Assembly (NCBI GenBank): GCA_051362555.1
Contig: CM120647.1
Location: 372,001-436,000, forward strand
Length of the DNA: 64,000 nt
Direction of reading: 5' to 3'
DNA from: Lingula anatina
Lineage: Eukaryota; Animalia; Brachiopoda
The notes below the pieces were generated by a model. It saw nothing but the letters and a program-made list of their open reading frames with translations. It searched no databases and was not told the origin of the DNA. The position numbers and the translations under genes are program-made. Below, piece after piece: positions 41,010 through 51,587 of the stretch. Each line of letters starts with the position of its first letter. Position 1 is the stretch's first letter.

Positions 41010-44000
41010 AGCACTTTTATAACACCAATAACATGATAAGTATAAAAATGTTTTTCCTTTTGGAGTGAAATTTACAGAACTGGTGAATATTTATAATACG
41101 CAGGTCAAGTTTGAAAATTGGCATGATTGAACTAATTTTACAAAAGTAATGCTGTTTTTTTCCCTTTATTCAGCATACATGCAACACTGATAATGCATTT
41201 TAAGGAAAACCAATCAGCCTTTCGTCTTGCAACTCACAGGAGTGATCAATCTGACCAGTATACAGATCAAGTTTGAAAATAAGCTTGATCAGTTAAGTTT
41301 TGATGAAGTTATTAGCCTTTTTGTATATAAGTGGTTTTTCTTCAGATTTAATTCTTAAGCATGTTAACAGTCTCATTACGGAACTAATTGGATATGTAAA
41401 AGTGTTGTTTTAACATTTTCTGCTTCTTAACAATATTGTTAGTTGATTATATAAAAATGACGGTAAACCTATTATCGTGCATTGTGTAATAAAGTATCAA
41501 AAATGGAAAGGAACTCATCATTGCAGTTCGTCAGATTCAATCATTCACTATGTTCAGAATCTCCAAATGGAGCTAATTGGACATTATAAATTGTTCTATT
41601 GCTATTTTTCCTATGTCAACAATTTTCCTAGTTGATCATTTAAAAATGACAGTTAATTGATTATGGTTTTATGTAAAAAAGGTGTTGAAAATGGAAAGAA
41701 AATCATTTCAGTACAGTTATCTCTTGTTAACATTTTGGCATTTTGAAAGTGTGACCCTAACTTCCATGTCCTTGGAGACCTTTCCATATCACATTTTCTG
41801 AATATCCATGATACTTATTTTTTTATAAAAAAATTGATGGTCATTATGTTGTTAAGTATTATGTTATATTGCATGAAAGTTAAAGAAAACCCTATTTTGG
41901 ACACTGCTGCCAGGATAGCCATTAAGGGAAAACCATGTTACTTATGATAATCAACCTTACTGAAAAGACTGAAGTGCAGCTTGTGTTGGAAAACCATCGT
42001 AATTGTTTTCTGTTTTGAAAGCAATGCAGTACAGTGCTATTTGGTGCAATAAATGTATATGGATAGTAGGCAGTTAATTCAGGGTTATAAAATAATTTGC
42101 TTAATTGATTTTCAAGTTATTTCAGGGTTATAAAATAATTTGCTTAATTAATTTTCAAGTGGGCATTAAATGAGATTACATAAACACACATTGAGATTTC
42201 ATTGTAAAGTCCCATCGGTTTAGCTTTCTTAACTGTGTCACATAATTAGGAATCGATGATTATTATGCAGGTAAATGTTATTTAATATGGAAAATAAGTT
42301 TACAAAAAAAATTTTGTGTAAGGCTTACATTAATGCTAAAGATGAATAACAGTGCCTTATTATTCTCAAACTCAATAGGGTTATTCATATCATTTTAGTA
42401 ATTGTACAGCTAGATTAAAAGTTTGAAAAGCAGCTTTATTGGTATTTTTTGTTATGTTTTATTTTACATTTTCTTTTAATTTTTTATGCTGTTTTTTCAC
42501 TTTTTTCAACATATATGCAACATTAATAACACAATATAAGAAAAATAGCTTAGCCAATTGTCATTATATTCACAGGAGTGGTCAATCTTACAAAAATGCA
42601 GGTTGAGTTCGAAAATCAGCGTTATCGGGCCATTATTTTAGAAGTTGTACTGTTTTTTCAAATTTCCTCAGATTCAATTCTTAGGCATGTTAACAGTCTC
42701 ATTATTGAACTAATAAGATACGTGAAAGTGTTTGTTTGATATTTCCTGCATCTTTACAACATTGTTAGTTGATTATGTAAAATTGATGGTAAACTTGTTA
42801 TCATGTATTGTAATCAAGTGTCCAAAACGGAAATAAACTCATATCTTTGCAGTTTGTCAGATTCAATCATCCACATCTGCCATGATGACCATGATGGGAA
42901 AACCGTGTTACTTAAGATTGTCAAACTTTCAAAAAAGAAACATAGGACTAAAATGCAGCCCGAGTTGGAAAAGCAGTCTGATGGGCTTCTTTTTCTGGAA
43001 GTTATACATTTTAGTGAAATATTCATTATCTTTTTGGCATATTCATTGTGGGACTCGGAGCTCCCATGGACATGAAGCCGGATGGTAATCAAATTTTCTA
43101 CATGTTCATGCTATTTATAGTCAATAATCAAAAATTTTATTCTATAATTTATTATGTAATGTTACATCAAAATTGACAATAATCTTTTTGCACTGCTACT
43201 GCAAACATTATGAAAAGAAAACTGTGTTATTTATTATTATATTTAACTTAAGAGTGTGATTTTTAGGATTGGCATGCAGTTCAAATTAGAAAGCCAGGTC
43301 AATTGGGTTATCATTTATTATTGAATTTAATGCAATTTTGTGTGAAATTTCATTTTGCTCATTCTGGCACTTTCTAAGTATAAACTTGAACTCTGATGGG
43401 CCTGAAGCCTTATGCTTTTACTTTCGTCGGTGTTACCTGTTGTGCAAAATTAAAATTTGATGTTGACTGTGCAGTTAAACATAATGTATTATTGCATCAG
43501 AAGTGGTGGTCTCCTATTTTGTGCATATTGTTTTGTGCTCTTCTTAAGTTGTGACTTATGGGCCTGAAAGACCTTTGAGAGGGTCAGTCTATAAATTTCC
43601 CTTGGGTATCACTTCGCTAATTTCAGTTATAAAGTAATTTGCCTAATTGATAGGCTACATAAAGCACACTAGTGATTTGAGATTACATAAAGCACACTTG
43701 TTGATATTTCCCTGTAAACTCCCATAGGTTAAGCTCTCTGCTAGATTAATAATAAGGAAGCAGTGATAATTATGCAGGTAAATTTTGTTTAATATTGCAA
43801 ATAAGTTTTTAATATATATATATATATACATCAAACTGAAAGATTAAAAGTTTGAATAGCAGCTTCATTGGAATTATATTTACCTCTGCCAAGGAGGTTA
43901 TATTTTCACCCCTGTTTGTCATCAACATAACTCAAAAAGTTATGGACCGATTTTGCTGAAATTTTTTTTCACTTTTCAGCATATATGCAACACTGTAAAC

Positions 44001-46913
44001 ACAATTCAAGGAAAACCGATAGGCCTGTTGTCATGAAACTCACAGGAGTAATCTATCTTACTAAAACGCAGGTCAAGTTCGAAAATCGGCATGATGGGGC
44101 CACTATTTTAGTAGTTATGCTGTTTTTTCATTTTTCAGCATATATGCAACACTGTAAACACAATATAAGAAAAACAGATAGGCCAATTGTCATTAAACTC
44201 ACAGGAGTGGTCAATCTTACTAAATCGCAGGTTGAGTTCAAAAATCAGCATAATCGGGGCATTATTTTAGAAGTTATGCTGTTTTTTCACATTTCCTCAG
44301 ATTAAATTCTTAGGCATGTTAACAGTCTTATTGTTTTACTAATAAGATACATAAAAGTGTTTGTTTGACATTTCCTGCATCTTTACAACATTGTAAGTTG
44401 ATTATGTAAAAATGATGGTAAACTTGTTATCGTGTATTGTGTAATAAAGTGTCAAAAATGGAAATAAACTCATATCATTGCAGTTTGTGAGATTCAATCA
44501 TTCACTATGTTCAGAATCTCAGAATGGAGGAAATTGGACATTTAACACTATTCTATTGATATTTTTCCCATCTCATCAATTTTCTTAGTTGATCATATAA
44601 AAATTGCAGTAAACTGTTTATTTTGTTTTATGTTAAAAAATTGTTAAAAATGAAAAAAAAAAAAAAAACATTTCAGAACAGTGCTGTCTTTGTTTACATT
44701 TTGGCATTTTCAAGTTGTGACTTTGAAGTTCCATGGGCCTGAAGACCTTTGCTAGTCACATTTTCTGAATATCCATGATACTAATATTTTATTATTAAAA
44801 TTGATGGTCATTATGCTGTTAAACATTATGTAATATTGCATCAAAATTAAAAAAAAATTTTTTTGGGCACTGCTCCCATGATGACCATTTAAGAAAAACC
44901 ATGTCACTTACTGTTCTCAAACTTACAGGAAAGAAACATGGGACTAAAATACAGCTTCAGTAGGCAATGCAGTCTGTTTGGTAATTCTTACTGCCAGTTA
45001 AACGGTTTCACATATTGGCATTTTCAAAGTGTGACTTTGAAGTTCCACGGGCTTGTTTATTATTGCATCAAAATTGGCAAAATGACCTCTTTTGCATCCT
45101 TTTTTCTGTTATTTTGTCTGTACATTTGACAGCTTTGCTGCCTTGTTCACAATTTGTTTACTGTTTTATCATTTGTTTACTGTTATTATTCAGTGGAGTT
45201 CATGAGAGCCAACATAGTGGGCACAATTCTCTTCCTGTCCCTGTTCATCTGGATCCCTGCCAGCTGTGTGGTCTGGAGGATTGTGAGTACAACCAAACCT
45301 CTCTCTGTCTCTCTCTCTCACACACACACACACGCGCACTTTCACATAAACTCTCTTTCACACATGCACATGCTCACAGTCTCTCTCTTACACACACAGG
45401 CACATGCACAAATGCACTAAGAGACTAAGAAAGCAACTTCTTCATCACGTCATGAATATGCTACAGTCAGTTGTCAGTGGCTCTGTTGATAACTTGGTTT
45501 ACTGTATGTATATACTATGCACATTTATAGCAATGGAGAGTTTTAGAGCCATGTGATCTCCATTTTCCAGGACAAGAAGCGTGAGGTGGAGGCTGCGGCA
45601 GAGGCAGAGTGGTTCAGACCTGAGGTAAGGTTTAACTCTCCTCCCCCTACACACCACAGCTGTGGACAGCAGGCTAACTGGATAAGACAGTATGCACTGG
45701 AAGAGGGTTAAAATATAACAGACTCCACTTTTAATCTAGTGTCTAAAAATGTGTTTATAATCTTTCTTTTCTCACTATTTTATGCTATCTACGTTTTAAT
45801 AGTTTTTAGTTTTTTTTGGTGCACATTTTCTAGTGTTCAGTTTTTGAATTATTTTCTCTGACTTTGACCTTTGTTCAGTTAAACTATTGTTTATCTTCAG
45901 GCTGTTGAAGGAGAGAAAACGGTTAGAAAATAGTTTGCATGTGCATGATATTGTTAAAATGAACTATGATTTAATTTTTCTCTAAGAAGTAAAAGTGAAA
46001 AAAAACATAGCCACAGAATGATATAATAATGTTTGGAATGCAACATTATGAATTGAATATTTTTTTAGCTGCTTCGAGATTAAAAGAAAATCAGTTTGCT
46101 TAAACACCTTGTTATCAAAGCTGGCCTTTAGAATCTTTCCTGAGGTTTATAAAGCTTATGTGAACCTATTTGCCATGTCATGGAATCAGATGAAGATATA
46201 ATTGCATGTCAAATTTCACCAAACATAGACGACATCTTCAGCTGTCATTTTCAATCCATAGTTTACTTCACTCCCACACCAATTTATTTTTACTCTTCTT
46301 CACAGACTTCATTTTTTCCTGCTTTTCTGGCTGTACAATATACTGAAAAGTGTACTGAGACTGATAATGTTCCCTGAATTAGGTTGAAAGTGGCAGCTTT
46401 GTGGCAGTTTGCAATGATATTGTATGCTACGCATAGCTTGGAGCAAATGTTAATTATAGCATGAGGATCAATTTTCATTTATCACAAAATTTCGAGTGGC
46501 TTAATTACTGTCAATAAAACATTAGAGTCTTGTAAGAGTAAAATACTTCTATGAATGCTGTAAATGATCTTTGTATATAGTACACACTGTGAAATTGAGG
46601 AATAACCTATTTTAAGCCTTTGAACTTTGACAGCTTCAGACATCAGATTCTATTCAGACTAATTGTTATTTGTTTTAGTCAAGTATACTTGTTCTGTTTA
46701 TTTGAGCCAAAAGATAACAGTGATATCATCAACAGTTTCTAATACAAAAGAGAGCATGTTTTCATTGCTGTCAGATAACCTTGGTAACTGTTACTATTCC
46801 AGAGTGTGCGATTTGTCCCCGAGTCTCAGGCCAAGAAGATCCGCCCCACACGGCGACCACCAGGGGGCAGTGTGGTGCTTAGTTACCCAGAGATAAAAGA
46901 CACTGCGGTATAG
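85..46913 (+). CDS. ADAM17: ADAM17 (TACE)-like disintegrin and metalloprotease, spliced gene, about 743 aa with exon variant C
   Basis: Phase-consistent exon chain: 85-145, 652-781, 2452-2585, 3051-3139, 3295-3398, 3760-3982, 9034-9117, 9573-9683, [20127-20283 | 22954-23104 | 23799-23937], 29513-29623, 30206-30211, 30540-30658, 30851-30920, 31863-31995, 32170-32280, 32827-32889, 33242-33321, 33505-33635, 34215-34293, 45194-45282, 45571-45624, (45901-45921 optional), 46803-46913. Sum is 2232 nt, open. Signal peptide, FCG cysteine switch, RAKR furin site, [12 protein letters not shown] zinc motif, IMY Met-turn, disintegrin, CLWCC membrane-proximal domain, and a CANDIS-like [25 protein letters not shown] before the TM helix, which favours ADAM17 over ADAM10. 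Confidence 0.93.
433..509. repeat. (CA)n microsatellite
   Basis: Direct reading. Others: (TG)n at about 2596, (TA)n at 17729-17800, (AG)n at about 51950 and 54675, (ATT)n at about 57380. Confidence 0.95.
652..781 (+). CDS. ADAM17: ADAM17 prodomain exon ([13 protein letters not shown]...EVAFSALGR)
   Basis: TTCCAG acceptor, AG|GTAGGT donor, ADAM10/17-type prodomain sequence. Confidence 0.85.
831..1046. mobile_element. ~215-bp MITE (family with GACCCC/GGGGCC-ATTCCCA termini) inserted into a duplicated ADAM17 exon end
   Basis: Interrupts CCAAGC-CATA|GAGAAGT with duplicated (C)ATA; reverse-complement copy at 56040-56247; related element at about 24151-24409. Confidence 0.7.
1377..2467 (+). repeat. 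51-bp tandem array (about 22 units), each holding a polypyrimidine tract, TTACAG acceptor and the first 16 nt of exon 2452-2585
   Basis: Unit GCGGTTCCATCTGTTCTTCCTGTTGAGTTTTCTCTCATTGTTGTGTTACAG; explains the repetitive ORFs at 1425-2593. Confidence 0.95.
2452..2585 (+). CDS. ADAM17: ADAM17 prodomain exon ([24 protein letters not shown]...YSGYVEG)
   Basis: Last TTACAG of the 51-bp array, G|GTGAGT donor, phases 2-1. Confidence 0.85.
3051..3982 (+). CDS. ADAM17: ADAM17 exons 3051-3139, 3295-3398, 3760-3982 (prodomain end, Cys switch, furin site, start of catalytic domain)
   Basis: TYVIE|PSWRHL...YRGSD; SQFCG; RAKR; [12 protein letters not shown]. Phases are consistent although the donor at 3399 (GTATTA) is weak. 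Confidence 0.88.
4296..8946 (-). mobile_element. Tx1/L1-clade non-LTR retrotransposon (LINE), 5'-truncated, intronic and antisense to ADAM17
   Basis: APE endonuclease (SVNCRGL, CLQDTH, NLYGPN, GDFN, RLDY, SDHS) in 8447-7391, then RT ([29 protein letters not shown]) and C-terminal CSFC...HLFIEC zinc finger in 7351-4613. A-rich tail at about 4296-4318. Candidate 13-bp TSD AATTAAGGTTTAT at 4283-4295 and 8947-8959. Confidence 0.9.
4613..8447 (-). pseudogene. Disrupted LINE ORF2 (EN-RT-zf)
   Basis: One frameshift at about 7860 and one in-frame TAA at 7391-7393; remaining 912 aa open. Confidence 0.85.
9034..9683 (+). CDS. ADAM17: ADAM17 catalytic-domain exons 9034-9117 and 9573-9683
   Basis: [16 protein letters not shown]...FGFEIKE and VRVHE...HYNM...WDTRELLE, canonical AG/GT, phase 0. 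Confidence 0.88.
12634..12876. mobile_element. IS3EU-like palindromic MITE (243 bp)
   Basis: TIR TACGGAAGCCGACTGGTGCCATATGT, 6-bp TSD AAAATG, internal TATCTCGAAATTTCGAGATA palindromes; empty site at 35082-35087; truncated copy at 11818-11902. Superfamily is inferred from TAY termini plus 6-bp TSD. Confidence 0.75.
13059..13679. mobile_element. Kolobok-like non-autonomous DNA transposon (621 bp)
   Basis: TTAA TSD, AG...CT termini (AGTCATAATAACTCTT / AAGAGTTATTATTGCT); absent at the equivalent site of Y copy 2 (about 35260). Confidence 0.72.
17841..18430 (+). mobile_element. Small HINE-like element nested in X copy 1
   Basis: TTACCTATGCCAAGGAGG 5' end, GGCAGAGGT subTIR, hairpin GCACTCTCAGAGTGC, CTAGT end; 5' fragment also at about 43879-43960. 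Confidence 0.6.
20127..20283 (+). CDS. ADAM17: ADAM17 alternative exon A ([52 protein letters not shown])
   Basis: TTCCAG acceptor, G|GTACTT donor, 157 nt, phase 0-1, open. Confidence 0.85.
21105..21915. repeat. ~22-bp minisatellite (CACCCACATGTCACCTTCCTGT) between alternative exons A and B
   Basis: Direct reading; source of the Pro/His/Thr-rich spurious ORFs. Confidence 0.9.
22954..23104 (+). CDS. ADAM17: ADAM17 alternative exon B ([50 protein letters not shown])
   Basis: TACTAA branch-like site at about 22925, TTTTTAG acceptor, G|GTTTGT donor, 151 nt, phase 0-1, open. Retains CLxHLFT and GGxCS. Not in the ORF track. Confidence 0.72.
23799..23937 (+). CDS. ADAM17: ADAM17 alternative exon C ([46 protein letters not shown]), closest to canonical ADAM17
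   Basis: TTTATAG acceptor, G|GTGAGG donor, 139 nt, phase 0-1. Confidence 0.9.
28945..29245. repeat. 58-bp tandem repeat, about 5 copies
   Basis: CCCATATCCCTGTGGCCTTCA...AAGGGATGTGGGTCACTGCTGGCCAGTGTAGT; each unit has an internal inverted repeat. Confidence 0.9.
29513..29623 (+). CDS. ADAM17: ADAM17 exon ending at the first zinc-binding His (…LNTGWSS…EADLVTAH)
   Basis: CTGCAG acceptor, CAT G|GTGGGT donor, phase 1-1. Confidence 0.92.
29626..29990. repeat. 29-bp tandem repeat starting immediately after the donor of exon 29513-29623
   Basis: GGTGTGAATGTGTTAGATGTGACAGTGA units. Confidence 0.9.
30206..30211 (+). CDS. ADAM17: 6-nt microexon AATTTG supplying E-F of the HEFGH zinc motif
   Basis: GGCAG|AATTTG|GTAAGT; upstream TACTAAC and long polypyrimidine tract; restores HExxHxxGxxH exactly. 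Confidence 0.88.
30540..30920 (+). CDS. ADAM17: ADAM17 exons 30540-30658 (GHNWGSEHD...IMYTYSVSG) and 30851-30920 ([14 protein letters not shown]...CFV)
   Basis: Second and third zinc His, Met-turn, FSPCS motif. Confidence 0.92.
30864..31596 (+). repeat. 67-bp tandem array (11 copies) of the 3' part of exon 30851-30920 plus donor
   Basis: TGTTTTGTAG|GTAAGTATAT recurs every 67 bp from 30920 to 31590. Confidence 0.95.
31863..34293 (+). CDS. ADAM17: ADAM17 disintegrin and membrane-proximal/CANDIS exons (31863-31995, 32170-32280, 32827-32889, 33242-33321, 33505-33635, 34215-34293)
   Basis: CGN...EECD, CCT, YCNG...[32 protein letters not shown]; frame is continuous across the AT-AC intron. Confidence 0.9.
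32281..32826 (+). other. U12-type (minor spliceosome) AT-AC intron
   Basis: 5' ATATCCTT, branch GTCTTAAC at 32810-32817, 3' TTTCAC; joins AA|T to give YCNGLD in frame. Confidence 0.92.
32359..32532. mobile_element. MITE with GCTGGGGTAGCGCTA TIR and 3-bp TSD (CTA), inside the U12 intron
   Basis: Perfect terminal inverted repeat. A second copy at about 55925-56300 carries the 831-type MITE nested inside it. Confidence 0.78.
33735..34065. repeat. Degenerate TGACCT-rich minisatellite
   Basis: TGACCTCTGGGCCAGCAATTTGACCTA units. Confidence 0.8.
34318..38850 (+). mobile_element. HINE-like family Y copy 2 with about 27 x 120-bp tandem units
   Basis: Same termini as 11066-15530; array at about 35325-38640. 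Confidence 0.78.
38911..39541. mobile_element. Second copy of the Kolobok-like element
   Basis: Homologous to 13059-13679, 3' TTAA flank. Confidence 0.7.
39770..45147 (+). mobile_element. HINE-like family X copy 2
   Basis: Same 5' subTIR/IR/microsatellite, ~161-bp units and 3' subTIR plus hairpin as 10219-18987. Confidence 0.75.
45194..46913 (+). CDS. ADAM17: ADAM17 TM and cytoplasmic exons (45194-45282, 45571-45624, 46803-46913)
   Basis: [26 protein letters not shown] helix; DKKRE; terminal exon ends EIKDTAV-stop, a class I PDZ-binding-like C-terminus. Confidence 0.82.
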
Positions 46914-47009
46914 CGGGGAATGTTTTGTCATATATCACATAGACCATAGAGGATGCTGTAGAAATGAGAATCTTAAGAGGAGACGCTTACACATTCGTTA
47001 TCTGCAATA

Positions 47010-47600
47010 CAGTCAGGTATAGACAGTCATGTACAGACAGTCATGTACAGATAGTCATATATAGACAGTCATGTATAGACAGTCATGTACAGATAGTCAG
47101 GTATAGACAGTCATCTACAGACAGTCATGTACAGACAGTCATGTACAGATAGTCATATATAGACAGTCATGTACAGACAGTCATGTACAGACAGTCATGT
47201 ATAGACAGTCATATATAGACAGTCAGGTACAGACAGTCAGACCCAAGGAGTTAATTTGGCTTGCCACTATTTCACAACCGACACAATGCTGACATAGTAA
47301 CAATAGACTTTAGATGAAGTGTTTTATGAAATGGTGTGCAAATGTTCTATAAGAAGCTTCACCCAACCCAGCAGCTCCACCCCACCCACCCCACCCCACC
47401 CCACCCCACCCCACAGTTAGCCCCACCCAGCCACCCCACCCCCCTTATCCTACAGCCAGCTCCACCCACCCCCCACAGCCAGCTCCACCCACCCCCTACA
47501 GCCAGCTTCAACCACCCCCTACAGCCAGCTCCACCCACCCCCCACAGCCAGCTCCACCCACCCCCTACAGCCAGCTTCAACCACCCCCCACAGCCAGCTG
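47010..47600. repeat. 15-bp (ACAGTCATGTACAG) and C-rich minisatellites in the probable ADAM17 3' UTR
   Basis: Direct reading: 47010-47240 and 47360-47600. Confidence 0.8.
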
Positions 47601-47735
47601 CACCCATCACCTCTTCCTTGGGGCCACCTGCTGAACTCTGGCCCCATGTGTCTCCAGTGCTTTGTTATTGCTGTGATGTATATAAACCACCTGGTTGATA
47701 ATATAAACCACCTGGTTGATAATATAAACCACCTG

Positions 47736-47996
47736 GGCCCAGTTTTATAAAGGACGTTTAGCACTAAACAGTGGATAAGCCTAACCAGTGGATAAATTCT
47801 CCTAACACCTATTAACTAAAAGATGGTTAAATTGTGTTTCACATACAGTCTTCTGAAGGAAAACAGCCAATTAATTAACTGGCCAGTGTTTAACTGGATT
47901 AAATAATTATTTAAAGGTCAGTTAACTAACAGACTGTTTAGGTCTGGTTGGAGTTAAACACTGGTTAGTGCTAAACGTCCTTTATAAAACTGGGCC
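47736..47996. mobile_element. PIF/Harbinger-like MITE
   Basis: ~32-bp TIR GGCCCAGTTTTATAAAGGACGTTTAGCACTAA, 3-bp CTG TSD, inserted into a 21-bp tandem repeat that shows the empty site. Confidence 0.82.
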
Positions 47997-49334
47997 CTGG
48001 TTGATAATTTCTCAGAGGTGACACAGGGAAAACTTCGAACTGAATTGTGCTGGAGTCTTTGACTCATTGTCAAACTTGGAGACTTGAATTTTTTGAAAAA
48101 CTGATCATGTTTAATGAACCAGCTTTTTGTGAATAGAATCATTATTTGTATTGGCATTATTGTCATATGAAGTAATTGTAATATATGTATTATATGGAGT
48201 ATTATAAGGTTAAAACTACGCCAACTGACATAAACTAACCGGTGCAGTATCTCCACATATACTATCAGTACTCTATATAGTGAACATATATCATCTTTTG
48301 ATAGACCGTGTTATTTTGTAGCTTTAGTAGTAAAGATTTTTGTATGTGTTTAATATGGTCCTTGTCATGCACGACAGTTGATATTAACATTATTCTCATG
48401 CTTGCTTACAATTATATTTTACACTGAGCCAAGTTTATACCTAAGATGTACTGTAGATAACTTTTAAAATTTTTGATACAAGTCATAAATATCTTATGTG
48501 TTCTTTGTTTCAAGCAGTTATTCACTGGAAGAACTTAAGAGAAAATTTCAATGTTGCAGAAATAGTAGCTTGTGGTATATATTTGATTTATATATATATA
48601 TGGATTAAATTATGTTAATTAAATATGTATGAATTAAATGTTTTAAAGTGAATGAAATAAAATTTACCAATTGTTAAGTTTTTTATACACATTTCTGATT
48701 ATATATTGATTTATATAGTTTAATAATTATAACTGCATATTATTTATGATTTTCAATTATATTGTTGACAAGTGTGTCCAGAGGTAGAGTTGTAGGTGGA
48801 ACTCCTAAGAAAAGTCAGTTATTTAGCCATTAGTTATTTAGTTATTTAGTCCTCTCCATTAGTAACTGTTCATTAGCTGCATTTGATAAAAAAATGAGTC
48901 ATTGTTTTCTTTAATATCTAAAGTGATTGTTGGATCCAATTTTTGTTTCTATATGGAATATGTATGTGATACATACTAATTATTACATATTGGTAATAAT
49001 AAAGTCCTCCATTTCTCCGTGATGTTTCTGGTGATTGATTTAACCCCCAAGAATATTCTGTTCATCAAAATATAATTAAAAAACCCTGAAGTGCAACCCT
49101 TTGGTCTTAAAAGATTTAGTCAGACAAGCTCAAGCTGGCATTGTGTTAGGGACTAATCAGAACGTTATGTTAACCTAGCTGTGCCAAACTAACTCCACGG
49201 GGTCCCCCACTTAATGCAACCAGATTAATACTTACACACCTCCTCAAATCCAACAGACTCGTACAATCGGCAGCTTCTCTGTATTCTACTCAATGCAAGG
49301 AAAAGAAACGCACCAGCATCTTGAATTTTGAAGA

Positions 49335-49340
49335 TTTATT
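49335..49340 (-). promoter_or_regulatory. Candidate polyadenylation signal (AATAAA) of PTDSS1
   Basis: TTTATT on +, about 2.2 kb past the stop; position only, unverified. Confidence 0.35.
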
Positions 49341-49769
49341 TCTTAAAAAATCACATCTCACACAACAAGTATGATAAACTGTCAAAGAAAAAGAATAATA
49401 CTGGCAAACCTCTCTTACTTCGAGTAAGATAACAAATTAAAGCAGACAGTTGTCAACAATAACTAAATACAGACATTACTTCTAGTTCTAATAACACTGG
49501 GATGTCATGGCAAGCCAATGTTATCTTACGCAGGTGCGTGCGTGCATGTGTGTGTAGACGAAAACATATATCTGCTGCTGGACTATACCAGTATGTCTAT
49601 CTCGTGAGCCTTCCCAAATGTCAGTATATTCGATATAAACTTTAGAAAATGGAGCATGCCTTGTGTTCTGAGCGTCATGGTGTTAAACATGCCTTACTGT
49701 AATACAATGAGATTTTAAATAAATGAACCTGAATAAAAGCTGGTTAGAATTCTCACAATCCGTGCAGGA

Positions 49770-50050
49770 CACCTAACACAATGTGTTCACACCCAACACA
49801 ATGTGGTCACAGTTAACACAATGTATTCACACCCAACACAATGTGGTCACACCCAACACAATGGGGGCACATCCAACACAATGTGGTAACACCCAACACA
49901 ATGTGGTCACATCCAACACAATGTGGTAACACCCAACACAATGTGGTCGCATCCAACACAATGTGGTCACACCAAACACAATGTGGTCACAGTTAACACA
50001 GTGTGTTCACACCTAACACAATGTGGTCATATCTAACACAATGTGGTCAT
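49770..50050. repeat. 20-bp minisatellite (ACCCAACACAATGTGGTCAC)
   Basis: Direct reading. Confidence 0.9.
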
Positions 50051-50410
50051 CTTAGATGCAAGAGATGAAAATAAAGCTAGAATGTGAATGCTACGTCCAA
50101 AATTAATACAATGCCCCACACTTACACAGCTGTAACTATGCATATTATTGGCAATATAAACTGAGATTTACAAAGTTTACAAATGTCTTGATTAATACCT
50201 AACTTTGCTATTGATTTTAAAGGTTATACTTTGATATAATTGTGATCGTCCATTGTTGCAATTTTACAAACGTGCTTCCTCCATTCAGAAAAAAAAGACA
50301 CAAAAAGGACCAACTGTGGCCCCTATACAACAAGTTATGTACAAGTTTGACTAACAAATTGGCCACATGTCAGTGCATGGACATGTAACTGTTACAGCAA
50401 GTTAATTCTA

Positions 50411-50576
50411 GGCTGTATTTAGAACATTGAGCTAACTAGTACAGGGACCAAATATGGTCGACACACTTGAATACTTCCCCACGGGATATCTATTTAGTGT
50501 CTGTTAGAAGACAAGACGGTAAGCTTTGCCATATTTGACCCTCAGACTAGTTAGTCCCCTATTCTGAATGGAGCCT
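50411..50576. mobile_element. Degenerate Harbinger-like MITE
   Basis: Imperfect long TIR GGCTGTATTTAGAA...TTCTGAATGGAGCC, flanked by CTA/TTA. Confidence 0.5.
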
Positions 50577-51587
50577 TAGAGTAGCAACTGTCTTTGTGAT
50601 GACCATTACCTGGTGACTGCCTGTGTCACCTTCCACTAGGACAGGCAGTGAGACATTTCTGAGATCAGATTGTCACATCAGTATCACACTGAAGACCAAG
50701 TAATTCTCATTCTTTAATATCATGGTCACGCCCCTCATTGGGGAGTTAAATAGAACGCTCGTTGTTCAGGGTATAATTGATGAACAGGACAGTTATATGA
50801 ATCAAGTCACAGACTACACTACACTGACTTGACAGATATGATATGGAACACTACGGAAACTTTGACAAAAAAAGTCAATTTAGATGTGGTCAAGTGAAAG
50901 ATGTCAAAGTTCAGCACTAAGCACAATCAACAACACAGGATTGAGCTGTCTTCTAACTACACTGGTTACAATGAAATTATGTTGGTGTGTACACAGTTAA
51001 ATTTATTTCTTACCATAGAAGTTCCCTGCCTTTAAATTAATGAGCAAAATCAACAAATAAGTAAAATGAAAAACTTCACATTCATCTCCTCAGCTGTATA
51101 GTAACTGTTTGAAATCAACAACTAACTGTAACAAAGTTATTCAGTACAGATATACTGAAGTATGATCATAATAAAGGCCTTCCCACTACCTCATATCTTA
51201 ACACTTGTACCTAGTTCTTAATTGTTCATGTAGAAAACGAAACACGTATATATCAACATGTGACCTCTTCATTCAGAACCTATCTGTCACATGACCTTTC
51301 TTAACTATCTGGAGGCCTAATGGGGTTTTCATAATACATTTAATTAAAACATGCAGCTTAAAAATGAGCTGGTCTGACTGTGTTATCAACATGTCACATG
51401 ACTTAGTCACATGTTCAGATCACATGACTTAAACCTAAGTCTAAAGCTAAAAAATTCAATGTAAACTAATACTGCACATCACTGTCCCATTTTGGCATGT
51501 AGATCAGCGCTGGTTCTGGCAAGATCTGAAGAAGACTGTTCAGTTTTAGATCCCTTAATGTAACACACCATCTAAGCTGCCATTATG

